Assembly: GCA_013239625.1 (NCBI GenBank) | Contig: MU054391.1 | Span: 2,199,130 to 2,263,129 of the forward strand | Source of the DNA: Lama guanicoe | Taxonomy: Eukaryota | Length of the DNA stretch: 64,000 nt | Direction of reading: 5' to 3' | In this document: positions 25,249 to 38,165 of the stretch, piece after piece | Layout of the letters: every line of letters starts with the position of its first letter | How positions within the stretch are numbered: the stretch's first letter is position 1 | Notes under the pieces: generated by a model | The model's database searches: none | What the model was told of the DNA's origin: nothing | What the model saw: only the letters and a program-made list of their open reading frames with translations | Program-made: the position numbers and the translations under genes

Positions 25249-26080
25249 GATCAACAGGTACATGAAAATTTCACTGAACACCACTGATCATTAGAGAAAC
25301 ACAAATCAAAATTACAGTGAGGTGTCAGCTCACACCTGTCAGAGTGGCCATTATCAAAATGTCTCAAAAACAATAAATGCTGGAGAGGGTGTGGAGAAAA
25401 GGGAGCCCTCCTGCACTGTTGGTGGGGATATAAGTTGATGCCGTCACTATGCAGGACAGTATGAAGCTTCCTTAAAAAACTAAAATAGAGGCACCATATG
25501 ATCCAGTAACCCCACTCCTGGGCACATATCCAGAGAAAACTCTAGTCTGAAAATGTGCAGGCACCCCGGCGTTCACAGCAGCACTGTTTACTGTAGCCAA
25601 GGCACGGAAGCACCTGAATGTCCATCAGCAGATAAAGGGTAAAGAATATTCCTCAGCCATAAAAAAGAACGAAATAATGCCACTTACAGCAACACGGATG
25701 GACCTGGTGATTTTCATACCAAGTGAGAAAGACAAGTATGTAATGTCACCTGTATGTGGAAACTGAAAAAAATGATATGAGCGAACATATTTACAAGACA
25801 CAAATAGACAATGCGACGTAGAAAACAAACTTATGGTTACCAAAGGGGAGGAGGGAGGAAGGGGTGAGTCAGGAGTTTGGGATTAACACCGACACACTGC
25901 TGTATATTAAACAGGTGACCAGCAAGCCCCTGCTGTGGAGCCCAGGGACCTATATTCAATATCTTGCAATAACCCATCAGGAGAAAGACTGAAAAAGGAT
26001 ATATATATGCATCGTTCTGCTGTGCACCTGAAACATTATAACTCAATTGTACTTCAATAAACTAAAAAAATTCAAAAATT
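25249..26080 (+). mobile_element. 5'-truncated artiodactyl-type L1 with TSD AAACCAACA
   Basis: ORF2 C-terminal remnant (AATAAATGCTGGAGAGGGTGTGGAGAAAAGGGAGCCCTCCTGCACTGTTGGTGGG), 3' UTR, AATAAA and A tail; AAACCAACA at 25240-25248 and 26081-26089. Confidence 0.9.
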
Positions 26081-29000
26081 AAACCAACACACACGGAGGT
26101 TACTTCGTTCACGAGCGCCCTCCCACCAGGGCCCCGGACCCGAGGTCTTCCCGTCGTCTGAGTCCTGTGGCTGTGTCACACCTGTGAGTTACCCTCCTCA
26201 CCCTTTATGCCTCCTGCCTTTTACCAAGATCCATTTTATCCATGACTTTTTAAGATGACAGCTAATTTTTGCACGTATTTAGTCTCTTCTAGACTACCCA
26301 TCCTAGGCTCATGGAGTAAAACGATTCTGTTTCATGAACGGGGCATTTCGGCAAGAAGAATTTGAGGCATCAGAAAGGTAGAAGGTAATTTGCGTAAAGC
26401 TAAAGCAAAACAGAATAAAACGATAAAGAAATTCAAATCAAAACACCAGAAAAACTGCTAGTGGGTGTCACTAGTTTCTGTCCACTTTTGATGACAGCAT
26501 TCTGTTTGTATGTAATGAGTGGAGAAAGATACAAAATCTGGTCGTGTTTTTATTTCAGTTCAGTGAATGTTCTTGTAACCAGAAGACGTTATTTCACACC
26601 AGGGGTCGGCCGGGCAGGAGGAGGGAAGCTGCGATGGTGCTGATGAAAGTTGAGCGGGGGAGTCCAGAGCCCGGTGAGTCAGAGGGAGTCAGGCATGAGA
26701 ATTTCTTGGCACATGTAATTTCTTATCACAACTAGGACACTTCCGAGAATAAAAGAACTGGACCGCAGAGGTACACCAGGCTGGCCCAGGAAAACTGAAA
26801 CCCGAGTGGGAAGGTCAGGAGTGAGCAGGAGGCACGGAGAACTCTGACCTTGACAGTGACTGTCCTTTGCTCTTCCTGGTCCCCAAGAAAAGTGAAGGCT
26901 CACAGGAGCTACACGCAGTGCGGGGAGTCCCGGTACACCCAGCTGACCCTGGGAACTCACATCAGGAAACACTAGCCAATCTCACGGACCCTTTAATGGC
27001 CTTATGGAAATGCAAACTAAATATAGTTCTGATTATTTATATGTCAGAAGGATTCGTCCTTTTATAAAAGGAAGATTTCTTTTACTCAATTCTCATATTA
27101 TGCGTGCATAACACAATTCTGTTTCATGAGAAATCAATACTCAAAACAACAAAAAAATCAATACTCAATATCTTTTTAGGAATGAACTTATTGGCATAAA
27201 ACATATATTTTATATAATCCAAATAGAGATTGTAACAGTATAAGAGAATGTGTAAGGCATATGCTGTGCTAGAACTAAGGATTCCTATTTATTATTTGAA
27301 AGTAACTACGCGTGTGAGTTTTTTGCAATTGTATTTTTATAAGGAAAGCACATTTTCTATTTCGCCTTCTAGTTAAGTTTTAAACTTCACTGTGTAACAT
27401 TTTATTTAAATAGAATCACTGGAAGTAGCTTTCAGCCTCTGGTCTGGTCTGAAATGACATAAGCAGGGATTTAATGTGAGTTTTCCAGTCCATTCCATAT
27501 TGATGGCTCCAGTCACATCGAATGAACTGAAAAAATGGCAGAATCATCTTCAAAGTCATTTCTTGTGCTATTTCAGCCCCGGCCAGATTGAATCCAGGCT
27601 CAAATTGTTTCCAATATTTCCTTCTGAATTGGATTTCAATTTTCTGGTGTCTGTGAATACACCTGCGCTCACAGAATAGCATGTTTTTTCTTCTTTCTGA
27701 AAACTGTCATAATTTAGTGTCCAAAAGGACTTTTCATGGACAGATAACATTCAGAAATTCTTATCAATAGACTTAGGAGCATGTGGCTGCCTTAATGGAA
27801 ATTTTGATGCAATGGACACATAATAGGGATTACTTAAAAAAAAGTGTCCATTAGTCTGGAGAGATTTTAGGATTAAATAAACAGGATTCAAGATAAAAGT
27901 AGAAATGACCAAAATGCTACAGTTTGTCAGTAACTAATTTGAAGAGTCGGGAGCAGCCGCAGAACAGAGCTGGTCTCATGCACGCCCAGAATGAGACCGT
28001 TTCTAACTGATGTGACCGAGTCCTTAGTCCTCGGAAATCCTTCTCAGGGACAGAAAACCTTTTCCGAGATAAGAATTTTATACTGCAGATTTCTGTAAGA
28101 GAAAGTGTGTTCGGAGGAAGATGCAAACGCAGATACTGGGATCCTTTGAAAGCAGCTGTTGATGGTCATGGAAAAGAAGACAGTCAGTTCCAGCCAAATT
28201 TATTTGTTATTCCCATTTTCTGGATGGGGAGTGAGAATGGTGAGGGAAAGATGAGGAATCTGGTGTGGACTGCAGTGCAAAGAAAAAAAATTAAAAAAAC
28301 AGTATACAATAAAACTCACTCTTATTCTCAGAGACTTCTCCCCCAGTGTGGAACACTGAACAACACATGTTTTATTTTTTTTGCTGGGTCAAAACAGTGT
28401 TCGTAGCTTGGCTGCCACAGATGCCCAGCACTGGCCGATACCCCGACGACACTGATTTCAATCTGAAATATAAACCTGGAAAATACATATATCACGCCAT
28501 AAAGACAAGGGGCCACAGACTCTTACTAAATCAGAGCCGCTGATGCACTCATGCAGAACGGGGTGGCCTCCTTGGGTTCATTCCTCCCGCTGCGGCTTTT
28601 CTCCCACTTGGAACCCTTCTCTTGTCATTGTTTGGGATCATTCCTGATCGAATGCACTGACAGTGTAGGAACATTCTGCAGCGCTCAGAGGCTCTGCGCT
28701 GCTGCATTGCCAGTGGCTGCTGAATGACTGTACAACTAACTGTAAAATTAAATGAGTAAGAGAGTGACTTTGTGAATTAAAGTCCTGCTCCAAGACTGAC
28801 AGTCAGATTCCCGGGGTTCCCTCCCCCAGGACCACCCTTGGTTCTGCCAGTACTGCTCTCCGGATCTGGTGTGTGTCTGCACCCAGGGTCCCCGTGCTCA
28901 GGGTGCGCAACACAGAATAAAGGCTGAGCACCTCGCGGTATTTAGAAAGGAAGAAGAAAATGAAGTTGTTGATTATCAATGAACTCTCCCGAGCAGAAGT

Positions 29001-29719
29001 GACCGACAGGCAGCAGATTTTCTTGGCCTGAAAACTGAAGCCAAATGGGGTCGCTTTGCTCTCCTGGCACAGCTTTGAAATAAACTTTGTGTATGAAATA
29101 GAATCAAAGCAGAAAATACAATTTTACTGAGAAATTCAAATGAAGGCGAGGAGAGCTGTATATTCATGTTAAAGTGGATTGGAACACTGTCAACATCGAG
29201 TGGTCCCGTATTTAGGTGAGAAAATGCTGAGATAAAATTATTTTCCAAATAAAAACAATCCTTTTTCTAAGATAAAATTATATCAAAAGTTACTTTTATT
29301 AAGTAAAAAGAAAACAAACAAAACAAAATGGTTAAGTCAAAGAGTTGGCTGACTGAGATGAAGTCAGCCCTGCCTCGCCCTGGGATGCTCCTTTCCAAAA
29401 AATAGACACCTCGATGAACATTCAAGTTTCAAAAATTCTATGAAATCCATTTGTTTACGTTAACGTGACAAAACTAACTGGTGTGCGCACACGTGAATAA
29501 AAGAAAATATATTTTTGAGTGGGTGGAGGCAATTCTAAATGCTGATTGATTACAATAATACAAATTTCACTTGTCTAGTGCCTCAGAATTTTAAGATGTC
29601 TTCTATGAATATTTTGTAATATCTGGTCTTTATCACTATCCTCTTAAATATACCTATTTTCTTCATTTAAATTAGCTATATTTTACATTCATGATAAAGA
29701 ATTTAAGAAATACAAGCTA

Positions 29720-30480
29720 GCAAAGCCCGACTAACGCTGTTTTCAGGCGAGGTAGCTCGGCGCACACACCTCGGTGTAAGCTGTCACAGCAGGTGAACAG
29801 CAGCGCCACGCCTGGAACCTGGGGCTGCGATTTGCAGGTCGGAGCCCTTCCCACGGGGAGGCGCATCGGAAGAGCTTTCCGGCCCTTCGCGTTGACGTTT
29901 CGAAGCCCTTTGGTCAGCGCTGGCTTCCCCGCCAGTCCCGGCTGCGCTGCGGCAGCTGTCCCGCGGGGCGATGCGCGTGTCCGGCCTGTGACTGCGGCGC
30001 CTGTCGGAAGGCGAGGGCACACCCGCGCTCCCGGAATCCGGAGCCTGGCAGACTTTGCCTGGAGGGAGAGAAGAATGACCCAAATGCCCCGACCCCTCGT
30101 GAGCCTGTCCACGGAGCTGGCCTCGCCAACACTCAAAAACGAGCAGAACTCGTCTTTGGGGCCCGTTAAGAGTTTTCCATTCTCTGTCACCCTGTTTTGT
30201 AAAAGTCTGCCTCCAGAAGGAGAAATAAAGGAAGGAGCAGCTGTTCACACACTGCTCGCGTTGAATTCTACCTGGGAAGGGTGGCCGCCCGACGCCAGGG
30301 CCGCACCGGACCCCACGCTCCCCCGGAGGCCCGCTGCCCGGGGCGGGGGTGGGGGGATAGCTGGGCCGCGACCGCCCCCGGAGCCCCGGGACCCCCCGGC
30401 CCCCCGGAGCCCCCGGGCCCACCCCNNNNNNNNNNNCTCTGCTTCCACGAGTCCCGGGTCGTCTTCAGCAGTTACGTTGA
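29720..30480. promoter_or_regulatory. CpG island
   Basis: High GC and CpG density, several CGGAA/TTCCG ETS-like cores, GC box GGGGCGGGG at 30340-30348. Confidence 0.65.
30426..30436. other. Assembly gap (11 N)
   Basis: Run of N directly after a C-tract-rich repeat. Confidence 1.
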
Positions 30481-30509
30481 GGCCGCACATCTCTTCCAAA
30501 CTCCCCTCT

Positions 30510-30728
30510 CAGGGAGGTCATCAGACTAAAGCCCACAGGTCACCTCTGCTGAGCTGCTGTTTGTACATGAAGTTTTACCGGCACACGGCCCCTCGTTCAT
30601 GTTCACGGTGTCTGAGGCGTTTCAGGCTGCAGCCACGGCCCCGGGCAGCTGGAACAGACGGCACACGGGCCACGGAGCCTGCAGCGTTTCTGTCTGGCCC
30701 TCTCCAGAAAGGGTCTGCTGATCTGCTG
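30510..30728. mobile_element. MER58A-like hAT-Charlie element, GC-shifted
   Basis: TGTACATGAAGTTTTACCGGCACACGGCC and CTGTCTGGCCCTCTCCAGAAAGGGTCTGCTGATCTGCTG are collinear with MER58A and with the copy at 45590-45778. Confidence 0.8.
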
Positions 30729-32609
30729 TTCCAGAAGGTCAAAGACACAGGTCTTCCCTGGGTCCCGTGGACTAACTGGAGATCATCTCTGACTTAGGCG
30801 GTTCCCTGTTTGCTTCATAAATTAAGTTGGCTTCACACACCGAGGATCAAGTGCGTGCACATAGGTGCTAGCTTTCCATCATCGTGTTACCATTCCTGTA
30901 ACGGTGGCGGGCAGAGCGCCCTGGGGTTCAGGCAAGCAAATACAAACACACATATATTTGCCGTGAGTCAGAGAAGAGACCACAGAAATAGGTCAACTGG
31001 CTTTGGCCACTCAGGATGAGGAGGGTTCTCCAAGGAAGACAGGATGAAGGGCGTCCTTGGACAGGGGCACCAGGAAACGGGAAGCAGCCAAATGTGAACA
31101 GGTGTCGCAAGTCGTTTTTTTTTTTTGGCTCAGGAGCATAGAGGTTGGGTTTTGCAGGAGCCGTGAAGTATTTTAGGCAAGAAATGTTAAATCATGAGGT
31201 TTTGTCTGAAACTGTCAGCCTAAGACCTAACAGCCTGACGGTCACATTGACTGACTGCTCTTTACCATGAACCCCTCTGCTGCTGCCGAGCACACTCCTG
31301 CACACATAGACTTCGTGTAGCTACCTAGATGGCCTTACCGTCACCAGAAATGTTCCATTTCCTCCCGTCTCTGAGATGCACAGCCATGATTAAGACCTCC
31401 CTGCTTTTGGTGCCCTCAGCCATTTCCCAAAACTCTAAATCCACATCACACGTAAGGGATGGGGTAGAATGAGTGTGCTCCTGGTAAATTCCCTGTTGTC
31501 TTTCTAACTGTGAGACTGAATTGTAAAAGTTGTGAGTGACCTAGAGATAATACAAAAAGGCAACTTAAAATATTTTTAAAAAGGCCTTTATTTGGGGGAA
31601 AAATGCTTAATCTAATTCCTGAATTCCTTGGCAAGGGAGCTAAAGTTTCAATAAACGCAAGCTGTTACTATGAGCTGAGTCATCATTCCTATGACATAAG
31701 GAAAGATAAACTGAATAGCTTTTCTTCCTTTCAGATGAAAGCTAACTAAAAGTAGGGCGTAATAATTATTTAATTATTCCTAACGTACACCCTTTGCAGG
31801 GTGAACGTCACTTAAAATACGTCCTGGCAGTCAGACCACTGCTCAGCATTATGACTTGAGTCTAGGACGTCCGCGTGATGGCTCGCAAGTCGCCGTTGCA
31901 GTAACAGTGGCTCCTGCAGCGAGCAGGCTTACGGTCTGCCCGTGCTCGCAGTGGACGTGGTCGCATGCATTGCCTCCAACCCCGACGACCACCGACCTCA
32001 CAGAGGGAAAGGCACTTGCAGCCTGGAGAGCGACTTCCTCGCAGTGATTCACAACTAGAAGCGAGCACAGGTTTAAATAAGCACATGGCTACGTGAGACC
32101 TGGGCTTGTCCAGTGAGAGACAGGCGGTAGGCCTGAGTGATCACGGAGACGCTCTCGATGGCAGGAGCACCACGTGACTCATTAAAGAAAAAGACCCAAG
32201 TTTACGAACCACGTGCACCTGCCCAGACTTTCGCTTCCCTTCCGTGTCAACGCCCCAAACTCAAGCCTGGGGCAGGAATGTGCGTGTTTCCTTGACCCAC
32301 TTTATCCAGCCTCTGTTTATTGCCCATTTTCTGGCCAAGGCTGTGCGTCTGCTTCATTTAAAATGAACCCAAAATCTCAGATGATTCCCCCCGCTCCAGA
32401 AGCCGTCATCCGCCTCACCGTCAGCTCACTGCATCCCTGTTTGATAGTCCGTTTCCTCTGGTTTTCTGGAAGAGTCAATGGAATGAAAGGAAAGACAGGT
32501 CCCACTGATGTGTTCCTAGCAGTCACCTTGACGTCGTGACAGCGTACTGATGCAAATGGGTGAGACTGTTTTCCTAGAGAGTTGATAGTTCCTTGCGTGG
32601 ATGTCACTG

Positions 32610-32790
32610 AGCAGTGTGACATAGACAGTGGAAGGGGACTCAGACCCGGGTCAAGTCCTGGCTCTAGAACCCCTTGGCTACGCGTCCACAAGCAGGTCCC
32701 ATAACCTCTCTGAGCTGTTGTGACATCACCTACAAGAGGGATTATGAAGATACCTTTGTCACATGATTCCTGTGAACATCAAATGCAGGA
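32610..32790 (+). mobile_element. MIR SINE remnant
   Basis: CAGACCCGGGTCAAGTCCTGGCTCT...ATAACCTCTCTGAGC. Confidence 0.7.
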
Positions 32791-33159
32791 AAGGTGTGTG
32801 TGAGCGCTATTATGCTGGGAAGTACGTTAGGACCAGCAGCTCGAGAACTAGGCTATTTTTCCTGATAGCAAAGATCAGACTTTACTGATTACGAAAATAT
32901 TGGTAGAATTTGGCAAATGAGTAACAGCTTGGTACTTCTTGTTTCCTAGCGTAATTTCTATTTTTATGAGTCATTTTGTTGAAAAACCCACTTCTCAAGA
33001 TGAATTAGTATCATAGAAAGTAATTAATCCTGAAATAATTGCCAAAAACAATTGAATTGACTGCACCTGTCTCTAGAGAAAATGAATGAATGGAGTACTT
33101 GGAGCTATTTTGTAAATAAAACCGTCTCTCTGTGTTAATATTTACATCTGTACCCATAT

Positions 33160-33244
33160 GTGCTGTGTGTTGTGTGTGTCTGCACGTGTATGTAGATAGA
33201 TGGATGGATGGATAGATAGACAGATAGATGACTGACAGAGAGAC

Positions 33245-33275
<31 letters not shown>
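33160..33275. repeat. Compound microsatellite (TG)n-(GATG)n-(GATA)n-(GACA)n-(GA)n
   Basis: Seen directly. Confidence 0.9.
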
Positions 33276-33529
33276 ATGGGATTATGGCAGAGACACATAT
33301 GGAAAAAAAGGTGGGACGAGGAAGCAGTAGGGTCAAGGTGGAATTTCTGGGCCCTGGGCACTGGGCCCTGGGGACTGGGGTGGGGTGAAAAGCGATCGAC
33401 TTTTAGTGAGTCTACTCTGAGAGAGTTTCAGGAAAATCCCATCGGACGTCAATTTTGTATGATTTTTTTTTTAACTCTCTGAAAGCCATTGCTTGTTGCC
33501 AGGCCTAGGGAGGTGTTACCATGGAAGGG

Positions 33530-33720
33530 TAGCATGGAAGAGATCATCTGTGGTGACCAAACAGTTCTTGGCTGTGGTGGTGGTTACACAAATCTATACG
33601 TGTGATAACATGACACAGAGCTGCGCACACCTGCATACACGTATATACACAGATACTGATCAAATCTGAATAAAGCCTCTAGTCACTAGTGCTGCATCAG
33701 TGCACTGATGCTGCGGTCCC
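33530..33720 (+). mobile_element. L1MC/MD-type 3' UTR fragment
   Basis: TGTGGTGGTGGTTACACAAATCTATACGTGTGATAACATGACACAGAGCT...AAATCTGAATAA. Confidence 0.7.
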
Positions 33721-34069
33721 CGGGGCTAGTAACTCCCAGACACGAGGGAGAAGGGGACGGACTGGCCGCCAGCTCCCAGGAAGATGGCCTCGCAGGAGGC
33801 GGCCCCTAGCAGAGGGAGGGCCTTCGGGAGGAGTGGAGCCAGCCCACAAGGGCCCCGCCGAGGGAGCGCTGGTGGGAAATACGAAGATTTCATCCTTCCC
33901 TCCCCCCACCTCCTCTCCAAGGGGCAAGGCAGCAGACAGGGGGCCACGCCACACAGCCTCCTGGAGGGGCGAGCAGCCGGGAGAGGAGGAGGGAGCAATC
34001 TAAAGGGCCCAGCTGCAGACACCCAGAACTGCAGGGGGTGTGGTGCTGGGACGTCGCCCGGTGGGATGA

Positions 34070-34240
34070 GCTGGACTCTGAAGACAGAGCAGTCAGACAA
34101 AGCTCCAACCCCAGCTCTGCTGCTTACGGAGATGGGTTACCCACCTCATGACGCTTAACTCCCATTTCTTCAGTTTTCTCCTGGGTTAAACTGGAAAAAC
34201 AATCAGTCTTTATGTTGCTGGATACCTGTGAGCACTAGAA
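34070..34240 (+). mobile_element. MIR SINE remnant
   Basis: GGACTCTGAAGACAGAG...CCCAGCTCTGCTGCTTAC...CTTCAGTTTTCTCCTGGGTTAAACTGGAAA. Confidence 0.6.
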
Positions 34241-34819
34241 ACGAATACGAATAGGGAACTTACGAGAACACAAAGAAACAGCATTGCTATTATGCCTCCC
34301 AGCAATGGCATGTTAAAGCTGGGAGTCGTGAGTATGTGCTGTGTCTCTGCCGCACACCTGCTGTAGACTAGGTACTGAGTTTGTCCCTGGGTGGGTGGAT
34401 GGGTCTAAACTATGTGCAGTTACCCCTTGAGCTCAGAAGCTCAAACAGGTGGGGGGAGGGTGGGAACGCAAGGCTCATCAAAATAAACTGCAAGACCGTC
34501 TGAAGTCCCCTCATCTTCAAATGCCAGTGTAGCGGGCCAATAAACATGTGAGCTTTGCTGCTCGGAGGAGACATTCCTATGTTTATACTTACACGCCACT
34601 TACTTTTCCGCATTTCTGCTGATAAGATAAACGGTCTCTGGGCTGTGCTTGTTTTGTGTGTGTTAGTCACTGCTGCATCTAGAACATGGCAAAGATTCAA
34701 TGACTAAGTCTGTTGAATGAGTGTGACGGTAAAGGCTGGGCCACCCACCACTCCATGCATAAACTCAGTGACACAACTGCCTAAGAAGCCACCGTCCTCC
34801 ACTCTCCAGGACCACTTGC

Positions 34820-34873
34820 TCCCTGCGCCAGGGGCGTGGCTGTCCCTGCGCCAGGGGCAAGGCTATCCCTGCG
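34820..34873. repeat. 23-bp minisatellite, about 2.3 copies
   Basis: TCCCTGCGCCAGGGGCGTGGCTG / TCCCTGCGCCAGGGGCAAGGCTA / TCCCTGCG. Confidence 0.85.
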
Positions 34874-35689
34874 GGAAGGTTCACATGCATGGCGGCATCA
34901 GACACACAATTGGGATCCTCACTCCCCTCCGTGATCCTTCTGTTATCTTTAGCCACTTCCACCTCGGATACCCTCACTGCAGGAATGCAGGAAGCCCACT
35001 AATTAGCATTGCAGAATTACAGACTTCTGGGTGGGGGGGATGACGTGCTGAGTGCATGTGGCCCTCCAGCCATTCCTTATCCCTGCTGGGTCTTCTCCTG
35101 GGAGTGGTGAGCTTCCTAACTGTCTTGATAGATATTTCCTGGGGAAACTACCTTACTCATCATTTAGTCTACTTCCTCATTTCAGTTCCACAGGCATCTT
35201 ACTCCAGGTCAGACCAGGAAAGGCAAGAGACTGGCTGCAGTCACAGATATTAACAGCACAGCCTGGATTGGAGGAACAGGGTCCTGCTTCCAGCTCTGGC
35301 TCTCTCTGGTCACTCCCTGATGCCAGGTTCAGCTACAGAAGCGGAGAGCACCAGAGCACCTCCCCAGCTCAGCCTTCCCGTTCTGAGTCCCCGGTCCTGT
35401 CTTCCCAACAGACCACAAGAGCACTCCGTGAAAACAAATATTAAAAAGGCAGAAGCGTCTCCGCAGCGCGCTCCTTCTCTTCGGCACAGCAATTTGCCTG
35501 CCTACTGAATATATTAGCGTTCGTCGTCAAGTGTTTTCAAAGAGCGCGCTGTATCTATTGTAAATATCTGTCAGTTCATTCTGGAACCACACTAATTATG
35601 TAACTGCTTTGAGAATGCTGAATTCCATTTTCTCTGTCTATTAGCAACCGTGTACGGACTATCCACTCTAATGCGTCCATACTGACAAT

Positions 35690-35842
35690 GTCATTAACTC
35701 TATTTAATAGAGGAAAAACAGTGGCTCAGAGAACTTAAGTCACCAAGTCACAGACATGCAGAAGGAAAAACAGGAGGTAGGTCTTAGTTTTGAGCTTCAA
35801 TCTGTCTGGCCCTCAGCTTAGAGCACTTTCCACTGTACCACG
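35690..35842 (-). mobile_element. MIR SINE remnant
   Basis: GAGGAAAAACAGTGGCTCAGAGAACTTAAGTCACCAAGTCACAG...CTTTCCACTGTACCAC. Confidence 0.7.
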
Positions 35843-38165
35843 TACTTTTGATGCATTAAAGTGAGGACTCTGAGTGAGGTATTTTGACTCTCTACATTTT
35901 CATCTTGACATACACGTTTATGTTCTAGATCTACTGAAACCATTTTCCACTTTCCCTACTGGTTGAAATACATTTACTTTTATTTGGAAGTTTTAGCTGC
36001 TAAATGACAAAAAGGTCAACACCTTCTTTTATCTAGATGTTTGATTTCTCGGCAGTGAACGTCAGTTGGGCAGGTAAGGAGGCTGTGGTCAAGCGGATTT
36101 CGAAAGCTGAATGAGATTTCTTGTATAATGAGCATCTTTAGTACAGGGAGAAGTTTTCATCAGCTTAAGTGTGGGTAGTTATTGCCTTGAAAACTGTGAC
36201 TGTTTCACTAGCCTTATCTTTGTTTTCCAACAAAGAAGCTAAAAGCGGGTTATTTTTCTCTGTATTCAGCTTAATTATGTTTTGAGGAGTTCATGAGAAA
36301 AAATTTGAAAATATGTTTTGAAGCATCTTTGCCTTGTATCTTTATGGGAAATAGGAATCTGAAACCTTCAAATTGTAGGTTGACTTATCTCAAGAAAAGG
36401 AAAAAAAAGTGTTTTCTAGTGCCACATGCATGTTGACGATTATTTAGCTAAATTTGCTAGGAGCCTTAAAAAAGGGTTAAGTTCCTGGTGTCCACCAGCC
36501 ATTTCTTTATGTTGGTAGAACTTCCCTCAAAAACAGCTAACATCTTCAGACAGTTACTGGGGAGATCATTTCTCAATAGACAGTTTCAATTGCCATCTGC
36601 CCTTCAGTAAAAAAATGACTGTGGACAAACTTCTCATGAGAAGCAAAGGATTAGCTGGTGTGAACAAAATGCTCTCTGTGGGATCTCGCCTCTGCAGTTT
36701 TGGGCATCACGGGTCTCTCTGTTGTGGTCTGAACGTTAAATGTTCTTTCTACCCAACTCAGATCTTTTTATACTTAGGGAATCTCAGAAACCCATGCCCT
36801 TTTTATTTGCCTATTCTTTTCTTGAGGATTTTTTTTTTCTGAAATGTTATTGCATCATCTGGACACGGATCTTGAGACCTTGTACGGAGCTCAAAAAAAT
36901 CTCTTAGTGTTTTATGAGGTCTTTGTCTTACTCTATCAATTCGTCTCTTTGGAGTGACTGTGAGCGCTACTCTCTTAACGTGGGGTGATTTTCAATAATC
37001 AAGTCTGGGTGAGACTATATTGTATTTTCATTGTTTTTGTCATTGCTACTCTTTTCATCTTCAAAGTATGAATGTGAGCCTGGACGCAGTGTGTCACTGC
37101 CAGGAAATGAAGTGAGCATCCAATTTTGGTTTCCTGTTCAAGAGAAATCTTACTATCAGAAGTGTCAAGACTGACTTCCTCTACACTATTTAGGGTCCCT
37201 CGAACTTTCCCTACATTGTTTGTAGCAGTAAGTGGACAGTGATGGGTCGTCTGGAGTAGTCCCTCCTGTGATGCTTCGTAAGTGCTGCGCTGTGGGACAG
37301 CACCCCCCACCGCCCCACCGCAGGCCGCTCCTAAGTACGTGACGCAGAGAGAAGCATGCTCTGCGTGGCCCAGAGGAGGGGGCACCGCACAGCCGTCGGG
37401 TAAACAGGAGTCCCCGGTGATTCCTGTTTGGGAAGGAATTATTTTTCTTGTGCTCACAGAGTGTGGGTCGGGTCTTGACCGTGGTGGACGGCTTCCAGAG
37501 ACAAGAGAATGGAACTGGCATCTGAGAAAACGGAGCTTTCTCAGAACCTCTGCGTCTTCACTCTTCTTATTCGTCACTCCTGCCTCAGAAGCTGCTCCTC
37601 CCTCCCCACGTCAGGATTCATCCCTCAGCTAAAGCCTTGAGCCTCATCTCTCCCTCTGCACTGACCTTAGCCACGTCGGCCTCAGGTTCTCATCAGAGTT
37701 TTAACCTGACCCTCCGCACTGTTTTTTTATTTTTTTCCTCCCTGTCATCTGAATTCACACACCATCCAAGCCCTTAAAAGAAAGAACTGGCAGCTACTGC
37801 TTCTTGTCTCTTCATTAACGCCCAGCAATTGCAGCTCTGGCTCCATCTGTCAGCTGAAAATGTGCTCTGTAAGATGGGACACGGTGATGTCTTGATTATC
37901 CAAACCACAGCATGTCCTGTCCCCTTAGTTTCCTGAGCTGCCTTGTGGCATCACTTGAATGTATTAAATCATCCCATCCTTGGCTGACGTGCCCCTCAGC
38001 TCTCTTAGTTGTGTCTTGTGTTTATCGCCGTCCGACCACGTACTGCTTGTGTTTATTTTGAAAGGAGACTGTGTTTTTTTCTTCTTTTTCCATCCCCAGA
38101 AAAAGCACTGCCAGAAGCTGTGGTGTGGGCTTTTGCCTTTTCTCTGTCTACACACTTGCCAGTGC

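Noticed and set aside
29793..30797. 334-aa ORF and overlapping long ORFs
   Set aside because: Pro/Arg/Ala/Gly-rich, open in several frames, crosses the N gap and a MER58 element; expected from stop-codon scarcity in GC-rich DNA
36999..37577. 192-aa minus-strand ORF
   Set aside because: Non-ATG start and no recognisable protein family
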